From: a virus
Lineage: Duplodnaviria > Caudoviricetes
IMG/VR virus record: IMGVR_UViG_3300033463_000079
Span: 1-64,000 of that record
Strand: one strand, 5' to 3'
Length of the DNA stretch: 64,000 nt
The notes below the pieces were generated by a model, which saw only the letters and a list, made by a program, of their open reading frames with translations, was not told where the DNA came from and did not search any database. Below, piece by piece: positions 26,908 through 37,800 of this stretch; positions within the stretch are counted from its first letter, which is position 1; every line of letters begins with the position of its first letter. The position numbers were made by a program, and so were the translations under genes.

Positions 26908-27303
26908 ATGAGTAGTGAAACAATAACAAGAAATGACCTCACGAACATACTTGACGAAATCGTGGCAATAGACGGCACGGATATGTCGGCGCAAGATATA
27001 CAAGACTTTTGCGATTCTCTTAATATAAGTGGGGCGATGTACCCAAAGATTCAAGTCGGAGAAACTGCCGTAATAACCGTGTCGGCTAATAGTTACTACG
27101 ATGAAAATGTTACTTTTGACAGTTCGTATTCTTCGTATCCTGCGGTAGTCGCATCTTTCGTAACATCATCAACCGCAGGGGAATTTGGCAAATGTTGTGT
27201 TGCCGTACATACCAGAACCACTACGGGGTTTACTATTAGAGTGTTTAATGGCGATGCGACTACTCGTGCGCCCGTTATTCAATGGATAGCAATAGGAGTG
27301 TAA
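26908..27303 (+). CDS. tail protein with H-type-lectin/gp53-like domain
   Basis: VTFDSSYSSYPAVVAS...TTTGFTIR...IQWIAIG pattern. Confidence 0.55.
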   Translation: MSSETITRNDLTNILDEIVAIDGTDMSAQDIQDFCDSLNISGAMYPKIQVGETAVITVSANSYYDENVTFDSSYSSYPAVVASFVTSSTAGEFGKCCVAVHTRTTTGFTIRVFNGDATTRAPVIQWIAIGV

Positions 27304-27304
27304 C

Positions 27305-27733
27305 ATGAGCAAACTTATAACCGAAAACGATTTAAGAGGAATACTTGACAAGGCACTACCGTTTGGAACAACTACAAAGGTGCTATGGTCTGGTGTGTTG
27401 TATATGTTTAGTGGGCAGACCGCCCCATTGTCCGAAAATGTTTCCGACCAGAAAAACGGCATTGTATTGGTCTGGAGTGCGTATTCAAGTGGTCAAGCAC
27501 AGAACTACGATTGGAACTATCAATTTGTTCACAAAAACCATGTTGCCGTTGCGAGCGGTGCAGGCATTTGTCATGTCATGTCAAATGCTAACTTTGCAAA
27601 GGTTGGGGCGAAATATGTTTATGTAAACAATGACAATATTGCAGGCAACGATTACAACGATGATACGGGAACGGCATCTGGCGTAACCTATGCTAATAAT
27701 TATTGGGTACTACGATATGTACTCGGTGTATAA
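27305..27733 (+). CDS. putative receptor-binding module
   Basis: LWSG..YM...GIVLVWSAY...WVLRYVLGV, resembling phage tail-fibre C-termini. Confidence 0.5.
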   Translation: MSKLITENDLRGILDKALPFGTTTKVLWSGVLYMFSGQTAPLSENVSDQKNGIVLVWSAYSSGQAQNYDWNYQFVHKNHVAVASGAGICHVMSNANFAKVGAKYVYVNNDNIAGNDYNDDTGTASGVTYANNYWVLRYVLGV

Positions 27734-27747
27734 AAAGGAGATAACAA

Positions 27748-28047
27748 ATGAATTTTGGAACAAAAGTAAGAACAATCTTGGCGATTGCAACATCGCTAAA
27801 CACGGCACTTCTTGCCACAGACATTACGGGTTTCAACAACGGAACGCTTGACTTGATTTACAAGATTTTCTCCGTTGCTTTGAACTTCGTCATCGTTGCG
27901 TGTTGTACTTGGTACAACAATGACTACACTCCAGAAGCCTGCGAAGCAACGGGCGAAATGAGAGCAAGGAAAGACGAAATCAAAAAAAAAGTCAATGGCG
28001 AGTGCTTTTATGATTACGAGGAGGTAGAGGACGATGACATTCAGTAA
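27748..28047 (+). CDS. holin (SPP1 family-like)
   Basis: GTKVRT, two hydrophobic segments, WYNNDYT; overlaps the endolysin. Confidence 0.8.
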   Translation: MNFGTKVRTILAIATSLNTALLATDITGFNNGTLDLIYKIFSVALNFVIVACCTWYNNDYTPEACEATGEMRARKDEIKKKVNGECFYDYEEVEDDDIQ

Positions 28048-28852
28048 CCCAAAAATCTACAGACAAGCAGACTCCAGATGGGGTTCTCTGCCTTATCCAA
28101 CAAAGGCTTACAAGTTCGGCTCTAACGGTTGCGGTTGTTGTTCTTGCCTGCACAACATCATTGAGATAGACAAGTACAAGAACTGGACACCGAAAGACCT
28201 GCGACCTTACATGGTAGGGCAGGGATTCGCCACAAAGGGTCACGGCACTACATGGAACGGAATCACGAAGACACTTCAGCACTACGGATTCACGGTATCG
28301 CACCCAAGCATTTCAAAGTCTATGACTCCTGCATGGAATGTACTCAACAAGAAAGATGCCCCAAAGCAGGGCGTTCTTTTGTTTAGAGCAGGGGTCAGAA
28401 ACGGATGCAGATGGACGAGTGGGGGTCACTATGTAGCCTTTTTGGACTACAAGGTTGTCAACGGAAAGCACTATTTCTACACAAAGGATTCTGGGGGCAG
28501 GAAACATGACGGTTGGTATTGCTATGAAACCTACATGAAAGGACTTCTGCCACAAATCTGGATTGTGACGAAGAAACCAAACACTCCTGCACCTAAACCA
28601 ACGCCGACTCCTGCGAAGAAGTATTCTGGCACTATCCCTGCACCGACAATCAAGAAAGGTTCAAAGGGAGATAAGGTAAGAAGTTTGCAAAAGTTCCTTA
28701 ATTGGTACGGCAACTACGGACTCAAGGTAGACGGCGTATGCGGAAACAAGACAGTAGAAGCACTCAAGAAGTTCCAGAAAGCAAACGGACTCACGGCAGA
28801 CGGCATCTACGGTGCAAAGACACAAGCAAAGGCAAAGACATACAAGGGATAA
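28034..28852 (+). CDS. endolysin: C39-like peptidase plus peptidoglycan-binding domain
   Basis: YRQADSRW...NGCG...GGHY...KD catalytic pattern; P-rich linker; LQKFLN...VDG..G..T...LKKFQ...ADGIYG. Confidence 0.85.
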   Translation: MTFSNPKIYRQADSRWGSLPYPTKAYKFGSNGCGCCSCLHNIIEIDKYKNWTPKDLRPYMVGQGFATKGHGTTWNGITKTLQHYGFTVSHPSISKSMTPAWNVLNKKDAPKQGVLLFRAGVRNGCRWTSGGHYVAFLDYKVVNGKHYFYTKDSGGRKHDGWYCYETYMKGLLPQIWIVTKKPNTPAPKPTPTPAKKYSGTIPAPTIKKGSKGDKVRSLQKFLNWYGNYGLKVDGVCGNKTVEALKKFQKANGLTADGIYGAKTQAKAKTYKG

Positions 28853-28856
28853 GACA

Positions 28857-29087
28857 ATGACAGAAGCAATTATTATCGCGTTCATCACGGGCGGTCTGGC
28901 AATCATCAGCAATCTCGTAATCGCGGCGACCAACAACTCAAAGACGATTTACCGTATTGAGCAACTCGAAAAGAAGATGGAAAAGCACAACCAACTGATT
29001 GAGAGAGTCGCGTTACTGGAGCATGACGAGCAGACCCAATGGAAACGCATCGACGAATTACGGGAAGAAATAAATAATGGAAGATGA
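28857..29087 (+). CDS. small membrane/coiled-coil protein of the lysis module
   Basis: N-terminal TM segment, then YRIEQLEKKMEKHN. Confidence 0.7.
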   Translation: MTEAIIIAFITGGLAIISNLVIAATNNSKTIYRIEQLEKKMEKHNQLIERVALLEHDEQTQWKRIDELREEINNGR

Positions 29088-29340
29088 AAAAGCCTTGATT
29101 GAACTACTCAAGGATATGCTAAAACAGAAGCAGAAAGAGGCGAGGTATCTCTTTATCTCACTCGTTGTCATTGTTGTAATGAACGTATGCACTATTGGAG
29201 CATTTCTTTGGTACGAAAGTCAAATGGAAACCGTCACGACAACAACCACGACCACTACAACGCAAGAAGTAGACGGCGAGAACAACGATATTGTCAACGG
29301 CGACCAATACAACGACGAGTCACAGAACAGGAGTAACTAA
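29077..29340 (+). CDS. membrane protein with poly-Thr tract
   Basis: Central TM segment, then ETVTTTTTTTTTQEV. Confidence 0.7.
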   Translation: MEDEKALIELLKDMLKQKQKEARYLFISLVVIVVMNVCTIGAFLWYESQMETVTTTTTTTTTQEVDGENNDIVNGDQYNDESQNRSN

Positions 29341-29498
29341 TGTCAGCAAAACAAACAACAACGACTACTACCACGACTACGACTCGGAAGAAGAAAGAAA
29401 AGAAAAAGTCGGGCAAGACAGTCAAGGACGCATACACCGCAAAGGTCAAGAAGTCCAAAGAGAGAAAGGTCTGTCCGACTTGTGGGCGACCACTATGA
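29340..29498 (+). CDS. 52-aa basic protein with 10 consecutive Thr and a C-terminal CPTCG
   Basis: ATG 29340 overlaps the previous stop; TGA overlaps ATG 29495; below the ORF-track cutoff. Confidence 0.6.
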   Translation: MSAKQTTTTTTTTTTRKKKEKKKSGKTVKDAYTAKVKKSKERKVCPTCGRPL

Positions 29499-29725
29499 GT
29501 GAACACATCGAAACGAGGAAGAAGTTAAAGGAAATAGCGAGCGTGTCCTCTTTTACCTCCTTAATTAACTCGGCAACTCTCTCGCATACAGATAAGCAGA
29601 TTCTCGTTCTTCATTACATAGATGGAAAAGACTTTAGATACATCGGGGACACGCTTGGCTATTCCGAATCGACAATTAAGAAACGGCATAAAAAGGCTCT
29701 AAAGAAATTGAGCCAACTCTTTTAA
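29495..29725 (+). CDS. sigma-70 region 4-like HTH protein (76 aa)
   Basis: LSHTDKQILVLHYIDGKDFRYIGDTLGYSESTIKKRHKKALKKL. Confidence 0.75.
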   Translation: MSEHIETRKKLKEIASVSSFTSLINSATLSHTDKQILVLHYIDGKDFRYIGDTLGYSESTIKKRHKKALKKLSQLF

Positions 29726-29749
29726 GGTACTTCCGTTCACTTTCGGCGG

Positions 29750-29784
29750 TGCTTACGATAGAAAGTCTCTTGCTATCATAAGCA
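29750..29784 (+). promoter_or_regulatory. inverted repeat overlapping an extended -10 (TGCTATCAT)
   Basis: TGCTTAcGATAG-N11-CTATCaTAAGCA; TGnTATCAT at 29771-29779. Confidence 0.55.
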
Positions 29785-29802
29785 TGGAAAGGAAGTGAGC
29801 GT

Positions 29803-30015
29803 ATGAATTACAATAATGCAAAGGCTATGGTAGACATGATGCGCGGGGCGAGGAATCCGCAGGCTCTCCTACGGGAGTATGCAAGGACTAACCAAAACGT
29901 CCGCGAGGTCATGGACTACATGGACAAATGCGGCGACCCAAGAACCGCGTTTTATCAAATGGCGAGCGCAAAAGGCGTTGACCCAGAGGCTATCCTTTCG
30001 ATGATTAGAAAGTAA
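29803..30015 (+). CDS. conserved small phage protein
   Basis: RNPQALLRE...DPRTAFYQMA..KGVDP; aaagga RBS. Confidence 0.7.
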   Translation: MNYNNAKAMVDMMRGARNPQALLREYARTNQNVREVMDYMDKCGDPRTAFYQMASAKGVDPEAILSMIRK

Positions 30016-30054
30016 TTGCAATTACATAAAAATCTTTAGAAAGGAGAACTGAAT

Positions 30055-30693
30055 ATGGAAAACGGACTTTCTGCGAGCGATGTCGCATTGATGAACCGCG
30101 ACACAGGCTTTGGCGGTGAGGCGTTCATGTGGATTTTCGCACTTCTGATTCTGGCAGGCGGTGGCTTCGGCGGTCTTGGCTATGGCGGTAACGCCGTGAC
30201 ACAGGACGCGATGCAGAACGGATTTAACTTCAACGACCTGCAAGACCAGAACCGTGACATTATGAACGCTATCACAGGCGGTACTGCACAGTCTGTAGCG
30301 ACGACCAACCAGACATTCCACGATTCTCTGTTTGCCCTCAACGATAAGTATTCGGAACTGGCAAGAGATATTAGTGGCGTGAATATGCAACTGCAACAGG
30401 TTCTGTCAAACCAGAATGAATGTTGTTGCTCGACCAAAATGGAAATCGCCAACAACAGATATGAGGCGGCACTCAATACTGCCAAAATCAATGAAACGAC
30501 TGTAGCACAGAGCCAGAAGATTCTGGACGCTCTGGCACAGAACAAAATCGAAGCATTACAGGCACAGGTAAACGCTCTTGAACTGCAAAACGCCGTGGCA
30601 GGGGTGGTAAGATACCCTAACTCATGGGTGTATGACGCAGGCAAAGCACCTTTCTGTACTTGTACCACAACTACGCCGACAACAGGCGCATAA
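30055..30693 (+). CDS. conserved Clostridia-phage protein (Gly-rich TM, coiled coil, CCC motif)
   Basis: aaaggag RBS; WIFALLILAGGGFGG, NECCCSTK, GVVRYP. Confidence 0.75.
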   Translation: MENGLSASDVALMNRDTGFGGEAFMWIFALLILAGGGFGGLGYGGNAVTQDAMQNGFNFNDLQDQNRDIMNAITGGTAQSVATTNQTFHDSLFALNDKYSELARDISGVNMQLQQVLSNQNECCCSTKMEIANNRYEAALNTAKINETTVAQSQKILDALAQNKIEALQAQVNALELQNAVAGVVRYPNSWVYDAGKAPFCTCTTTTPTTGA

Positions 30694-30702
30694 GGAGAGA
30701 CA

Positions 30703-31173
30703 ATGGAAGTTAGTGAAATTTTCGCGAGACTCAAGGCACACATGTTAGAGGGCATGGTATTCCATGACGGAATGGTACGCTACTACGGATTCCTTAATTG
30801 CGATGAATGGAAAAACGAGCATGAATGGCATTACGCCGAGGAAACCGATGGCTACCGTCAATTATGCGACTACTACATGAACCACTACAATGCGTTGATT
30901 CCAGTTGAACCGATGAACCGTCCAGACGTTATACCAGACTCTTGGTATCGTTACACAAGAGGCGACGTAGACGACGGGACGAGAAAGAACGGCAAGGAAA
31001 TCGGCATAAAAAAATGGGCTGAATGGGAACGCGAAACAAAAGATTTGTATCAAGATATGTGGAAAGAACTCGTAGCAATCAACGAAATCGCCGCCGCACA
31101 ATTTATCTCTCGGTACATTCGTGCGGTTGACGAAGAACTGAAATGCGCGGAGAAGTACACTCTTGGTCTATAA
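30703..31173 (+). CDS. four-helix/ferritin-like protein
   Basis: HMLEGMVFH, EHEWHYAEE, WERETKDLY, VDEEL pattern. Confidence 0.5.
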   Translation: MEVSEIFARLKAHMLEGMVFHDGMVRYYGFLNCDEWKNEHEWHYAEETDGYRQLCDYYMNHYNALIPVEPMNRPDVIPDSWYRYTRGDVDDGTRKNGKEIGIKKWAEWERETKDLYQDMWKELVAINEIAAAQFISRYIRAVDEELKCAEKYTLGL

Positions 31174-31178
31174 GATTT

Positions 31179-31204
31179 AGCCACCTCGAAAGGGGTGGCT
31201 TTTT
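31179..31204 (+). terminator. intrinsic terminator
   Basis: AGCCACC-tcgaaag-GGGTGGCT then TTTT. Confidence 0.85.
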
Positions 31205-31226
31205 CGTGGATTAAAAGGAGACACAA

Positions 31227-31877
31227 ATGGCAGTTACATACACCGCCCCTGCGTATGATGAAAAGAAATATCGGCAAGGAATAGACACTTCTTTTTACCA
31301 GAACGCAATCAACAATTACACGGCACAAGCAAACAAAGAGAGACAGACACAACTCGGAGAAGCCCAGAAAACGCAACAGTCCGCATTAAAGCAGGCGTAC
31401 ATTCAAAGGGCGCAGAATCAGCAGAAACTCCAGAATAACCTCGCTCAAGCAGGTATTCGTGGTGGCATGACAGAAACCGCCAACCTTAATTTAGCCAATC
31501 AGTACGGGCAGGCGAGAGCCGCGGCGAACACCGACTACGCCAATTCTGTGAACCAAATCAATCAGTCAACTGACAGAAACATCTTCGACTATACGGCAGA
31601 TATGCAGTCAAGGGCAGAAGAATACAAGCAGAACATGGCGCAGGCAAAGTGGCAGGCGGCGAGAGAGGATTCATTGAATCAGTACAACTCCGCACAGGAA
31701 TATTGGAATAATTATTATCTTGATTACTACTCTGGCTACTCCAAGAAGAACGTCCAAAAGGCATTAAAGACGGCGGAAAAGAACTTGAAGAACGCCAAGA
31801 CAGACGCGGAGAGAATTAGGATTCAGCAACAGATTAGAGGAATCCAAAACAGACTCGGAGTTATCGCCAATAAGTAA
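31227..31877 (+). CDS. putative internal virion (ejection) protein
   Basis: Q/A/N-rich helical protein with AQAGIRGG motif, directly before the giant gene. Confidence 0.65.
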   Translation: MAVTYTAPAYDEKKYRQGIDTSFYQNAINNYTAQANKERQTQLGEAQKTQQSALKQAYIQRAQNQQKLQNNLAQAGIRGGMTETANLNLANQYGQARAAANTDYANSVNQINQSTDRNIFDYTADMQSRAEEYKQNMAQAKWQAAREDSLNQYNSAQEYWNNYYLDYYSGYSKKNVQKALKTAEKNLKNAKTDAERIRIQQQIRGIQNRLGVIANK

Positions 31878-31888
31878 GGGAGTTACTA

Positions 31889-34800
31889 ATGGCTGAACAT
31901 AAAATTAGACAAAAGACAACAACGCCAAAAAAGAAGAAGCCAGAAGAAGACAGGTTCGGCAAAAAAGGAAAGCAACAGGCGAAAAAAGCAAAGGCTGAAA
32001 AGACTGGGGCAAGCAAACTGAACAAGACTGGCAATTCTCGTGCAGATGAAAGACGAGAGGGAGCGGTAAGGGCGAGGGAAAACCCTGTCAACAAGACTCG
32101 TGGCGGTGCGCAGAACTATATCATCAAGGATAAGGTTCAACCAATTTTAACTGCACCAACAAAGACTGTATCTGGCGCATTGAAGAACGCACAGAACACG
32201 GCAGGGCAGGCTCGCAACCAGCACAGAGGCGGTCATGTAACTAACGTAGTAGACAAAACCAACAGGTCGAAAACCCACGGTGCAAGCACGACTGTTGTCA
32301 CTACTCCACAGACAAAAAGAAACGACAGGCTTACCGCTAAAGGACAGGTAGAACGCGACAAAGCAATAAAGGCAAACGACCAGAAGATACAAACGGTTGC
32401 CGACACAAAAGCAAAGAACGACAAAAACGGATATGCCTATGGTGGTAAGTTAATAAAGACTCTCGACAAGTATAATGAGAAAGTTGATAAGGCACTTGAA
32501 GAGGGCAAGAAGAAAGACCTCGAATATGCCGCAGAGTCTTTCTCCGACAAGAAAGTTGATATTCCGTTCTATACAAAGTATGCAAAAGGCAAAGCAGAAG
32601 CAGAGGCTAAAAAGGCATTAAAAGAGGGCGGAGTAACCCAGAAAAAAGGCAAAGAAAACGTCGACAATTGGATTACAGAGACAGAATCGAATTGGGATAA
32701 AAGTGGGTTCAAGGTAACCGACGATACAGTTGTAACCGAAGACGGCAAAACTTGGGGGCAGATAAAGCAAGAGGCATACGACCAAGAGGCGGCTCGCATT
32801 AGATTTGAACGCAGTAAGTACATAAACCAATCCACTAACGGAGTTGGTCAACTGTCTGCGCAGGATATAGTCAAGGGCGGTATTGAAATGGGGTCGGAGT
32901 TCATTGACTACGGCGTTCCTTACATGGCTACCGCTAAAGGCTCTATCAAGGTTGCGGAAAAACTCATGGCGAAAGCCGCGAAAGCAGGCAAAACAGGCGC
33001 AAAAGTTGCACCAAAAACCGAAGCGGCTATCGGCAGGCTCGTGGCAGACGGCAAACTGACTCCGCAGGCGGCGAAGAAACTCAACACGCAGATTGCCATT
33101 AAGTCTGGCGCAAAGAGTTTCTCAAAGGAACTTGTTGCTAATGCTCTCCAAGATGCGACTATCGGTACGGCTATCGACCTCGGCAAAGGCATTGAACAGG
33201 GTTTACAGGGCAAAGACCTTGAAAAGTACATGAAAGACAATGCTATTGCTAACCTCGCACTCGGTATTCCTATGAGTGGAATCGCGGGAAGAGCAGGTGC
33301 GAAAGAGGCTAAACAGGCTCTCGCAGAGGACATAGCAGGTAGCGTCAACAAGTTCACCAACCTCACAAGAGAAGAGGGATTTGAACTCGACAACCTTATC
33401 AAGAAATCCAATGACAAGAACGCCACGCTCGGCAACTTCGAGGCGCAGAGACTGTCGGAACTGCAAGACAAGGCTCTTGGTGGAGATTCTGCCGTTGTCA
33501 ATTCCAAAGGGAAAATCGAAGTAAACAAAGCGGAAACCACGGTAGAGGGATTGAGCCGTGAAGACGCTAAAGAATATATAAAGTTAAGGGCGAAAGCGGC
33601 GAGTGGACAAATACAACCGCACGAACTCGGCAACCTCGCGGGTCTTCAAAAGAAAGTCGAACAGGCTTATAAGCAGACAGAGGCTAAAGCGCAGAAGACT
33701 ATCAACATTTCCAACAAGAGAATCACGAGCGCGATGCAAGAAGACGCTGAAATGGCAGTCCGTTTCTTTGAGCGAACTGGAGACAAGGCAAGACTCAAGC
33801 AGGCGAATGACGTTCTGGAAAGAGCAAAGAAAGCCACGGCAGAAAAGAACGCGGCTCTTGAAACCAACATCGACAAGATGAAAGACATCACCAAAGGCAA
33901 CTACCGTTGGGTTGATTCAAAGGAAATGGAGGCTCTTACAGGAGACGGAAGAATCGGTGGCTATTACGATGAGGCTACAGGAGAAATCGTAGTCAACAGG
34001 GATTCTCCGCAGGCTTATCAGACTATCATCGGTCACGAGACAATGCACATGTTGAAAGCGGCGAACCGAGAGGGATATGACAAACTTGCCAACATGCTCG
34101 CTGATTATGTTAAAGAACTCGATGAATACGACTCTCTCGTTGCAGAAGTAAAACAAGCATATCCAGAACTCGTTGCCAAAGGAGACGCTGACGCTCTTGA
34201 CGAAGAGTTGGTTTCTGAAATGCTCGGTCGGTATGTGTTTGGTGAAGACGACACGTTTATTAAAAAGTTGGCAGGCGAAGACCCTACAACTCTCCAAAAA
34301 ATAATCAACTACATTAAAAAGTTGTTTGCAAATAACGACAACGCCGAATTAAGGGAACAATTTGCCAAATTAGAGCAAACCGCATTGGAACAAATACGCG
34401 ATGCGCACCCAGAGGTTATCGCAAGAGAAAACGCGAGAAAGAAGTGGTCAAGAATTGTAGATAGTTCTGGCGAGCGAGTAGATGTGGCAGACAGGCAAAT
34501 ATCGGCACGGGTTATAGACCAATGCTATCTTGACGCAGTAAAGTGCGGAGACCTTGACCTTGCGCAGAGGATAGTTGACCAACACTTGCTCTCTCAAGGG
34601 TTTGGAATCCCTGCGTTCCACGGGACTACGAGATTTGGGTTCACAACTGTTGACATGGGTAAACTCGACGATGGAGCGTCAATATTTGCCGCACGGTCGC
34701 CTGCCGTGGCACATACATATACTGGGTCGTATCGTAGTTCAAGACCAAACGTCAAGAAGATTGGGAATCCAAAAGAACCGTTAAAAAATAAAATTCAACA

Positions 34801-37800
34801 CAAAACCAAATGGGATATAGACCATCTAAACGGTGTATCAAAAGAGTATCTCGGAATAGATTTAGAGATAGATAAATATCTCGACGATTTAACGGGCGTT
34901 GAAGCAACGATTAATGGTGAATTTGGCAGACCTCGTGACTTTTCCATTGATGATTATATGGAATGGGACAACCCAGTAACAGGCAAACATAATGATAGTA
35001 CGCCGATTGAACTGTTTGACTACGCAACAGGAGACGAAAGGGGTGACTTCGTAAAAGACTACTCCTTATATAACAAAATCAAGAATCACATAAGGGACGA
35101 GTACAGATATGATAAATCTCTCGATGCGTATACAAAGAGAGATAACGAGTTTGAACTTCTTGACATTGACGAAAGGGACGAACTTCTTGAACTCGCGAGA
35201 GATATAGACAACGAAGTTGTAAAAAGATTAACCGAATATTTTGGAACTGCGCGTTATGGCGAGAATGGCATTTACCAAGTCAGACTGAAAATGAATAACC
35301 CTCTTATCGTGGACTGCGGCGGTAGTTGGTGGAACGACATAGATGGGTCTGCTTTCAAATATTCTGTCGAGGACAAAATCGCGATAGAAAACTTCCATGC
35401 GTTTGAAGAAGAGTATAAGGAGTATGTTGAAGACGTTATAGAGGACAATATCACAGACGCGGACAATGTTTCCCTCAATGCGCTGTTGGACGACGGGAAG
35501 TACGAAGAATATTATGAATTCAAAAACGATTTAGAAGATTACCTCATGGAAATTGGACAAATTGTTGATGAAGACGAGTTTGTCGGTAGAGGAATGTCAA
35601 AAGTCTTCAAGACAAACGATGAGTATGACGACGCATACGATGTATTTATTGAAAAGGGCAGAGCCGTTGACAATGATGACAAAACGTACAATACGAGATA
35701 TGTGTCACAGTACGCTCGCAACAATGGCTATGATGGCGTAATATTTAAGGACATTGTTGATACTGGAAACGGCAGATACATTGAAGACGATGTATATATT
35801 GTTTTTAGCAACGAGCAGATGAAGTCAGCCGACCCCGTGACGTATGATGATAACGGAAATATAATCCCGCCGTCCCGTAGAGGACTTGGAGACAAGGTAG
35901 AGGCTGAAAAGTCACGCTCGTTTGAGAAAAAAGCCCTTGAAAACCACGTAGAAGTACAGTCGGACGGCGCGCTTATGGACGTTGATACTGGCGTAGTTCT
36001 GTATGACCCAAGAGACGGGTGGAAAGACTCTGACTTTGATTGGGAAAAAACGCACGGCATTAGCGAGAAAGAGTATGAAAATTGGCTCTCTTATAACAAT
36101 CCACGAAGCAAAAGAGACATGCGCTATTCCAAGTTCGGCGTAAAAGGCGCGACTGGCGAACAAAAGGCTCTTGGCGAACAAGCCGAGCAGATGTTCAAAG
36201 ACGGCGTACCTGTAGACGAAATTTATTACAATACAGGTGGTTGGGTTGTGGATTCCGATGGAAAGGCGAAGATGCGCTTTTCCGACAAGGACATGAAACT
36301 CAACATCAAAATGAAAAGTCTCAAACCTGCAAAATCCGTGTCGGATATTCAAAAAGCATCTGACGCGTGGGAGGCGGCAGAGGACGCATTTGACAAGGCA
36401 GTTGCAAGAAATGCAGACGATGCGGAACTCGGCAGGCTTCTCGGTAATATTCAAAAGGCAGAAGAGGCTCTCGACATCGCGCAGAATGGCGTAAAGGAGA
36501 TTCCGCTCGGTGAACTTATTGAACATAATGAATTGTTCAAGAGATACCCAAAGTTCAAGGACGACATTACAGTCAAATTCACAACAAAATCGTATATTGG
36601 CGGCGAGGGAATGTTGGTCGATACTGGCGGTGGAACATTCACCATATATGTAAGGCGGAACGGTTTAACGAAAGAAAAACTAAAAGAAACATTGGTGCAT
36701 GAAGTCCAACACGCTATACAGGACACGGAAGGATTCGCTCGTGGAACAAGCCCAGAAGAGTGGCAACGAATTACGAAAAAAATACTCTCCGAAATGGACG
36801 ATGTAGAAAACAGTCTCCCATCTGGATTCACGTTTGAAAAGGACGGTAGCAACTGGGTTATTAAGAATAGCAAAACTGGCTCGACGGCATCTGCATCGAA
36901 ACCAGAAAATGTACGATTTGACTTTTTCAAAGGAATTGACGCAAGAGAACTCCGCGCGAAGTTTAACGAATGGGTTGACCTAAAAAATGACCTCGACGCT
37001 ATGACAACACAAATATCAAACGCTCCAGATAACGTGAGAAGAGAAGTTGCAAAACAAGGCAAGTTCCAATACTCGAACACAAAGGGAGAGTTTGAATCGC
37101 GTAACGCCGAATACGAAATGAATGAGCCTTTAAGCAACATGCGAGGCTATGACGAAGTTGAGGCAAGAGAACGCACAAAAATGAATCGTGGTCAAAAACC
37201 AGATTCAGACGCGTTTGTAAACGAACACGAACTCAAAGTAGAAGACTACGAGAAAAAATACGGCGGCAAGAAAGCCTCCAAGTTCGCCAAAGAGACTCAA
37301 AACGCCAAGACTTCTCGCGAGACTGTAAACGCCACAAAGAAAGAAAAAAAGGCTCTCGAACAAAAACTCTCTGGCAAACTTTCAAAGGACAAGAGGGCAG
37401 AGGTCGAAGACCAACTTGTTAAACTCGAAGAGCGTCTCGAAAAAGAGACTGCGTTTATGCACCAGTCCAACACCCCTATATACAAAAAACGTATAGAGGA
37501 GAACCGAAAGGCTATCAAGGAACTTGAGAAAGAACTCAAGAAGACGAAAGACGCTGACGAGATTAAGAAAATCCAAAAGCAGATAACCAACAAGGAGCGG
37601 TGGATTACCACAAACGAAAACTGGATTAACTGGAAACCAAAGCAGGTGGTTAGCGACGTTCCTGTCAAGGAACTCTCCGATGGCGAGTTGTCTAAAGAGT
37701 ACAATTCAATCAACAAGGAACTCAAGAAAGAGCAGGAGTCTATAAGAACAAAGAGACTCCTCGAAGAACGTCGTGACGCTCTCTCAAAAGAGGCAGAGAA

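Noticed and set aside
23016-27733. Diversity-generating retroelement acting on tail genes
   Set aside because: No reverse transcriptase, and the repeats differ at synonymous positions rather than only at adenines.
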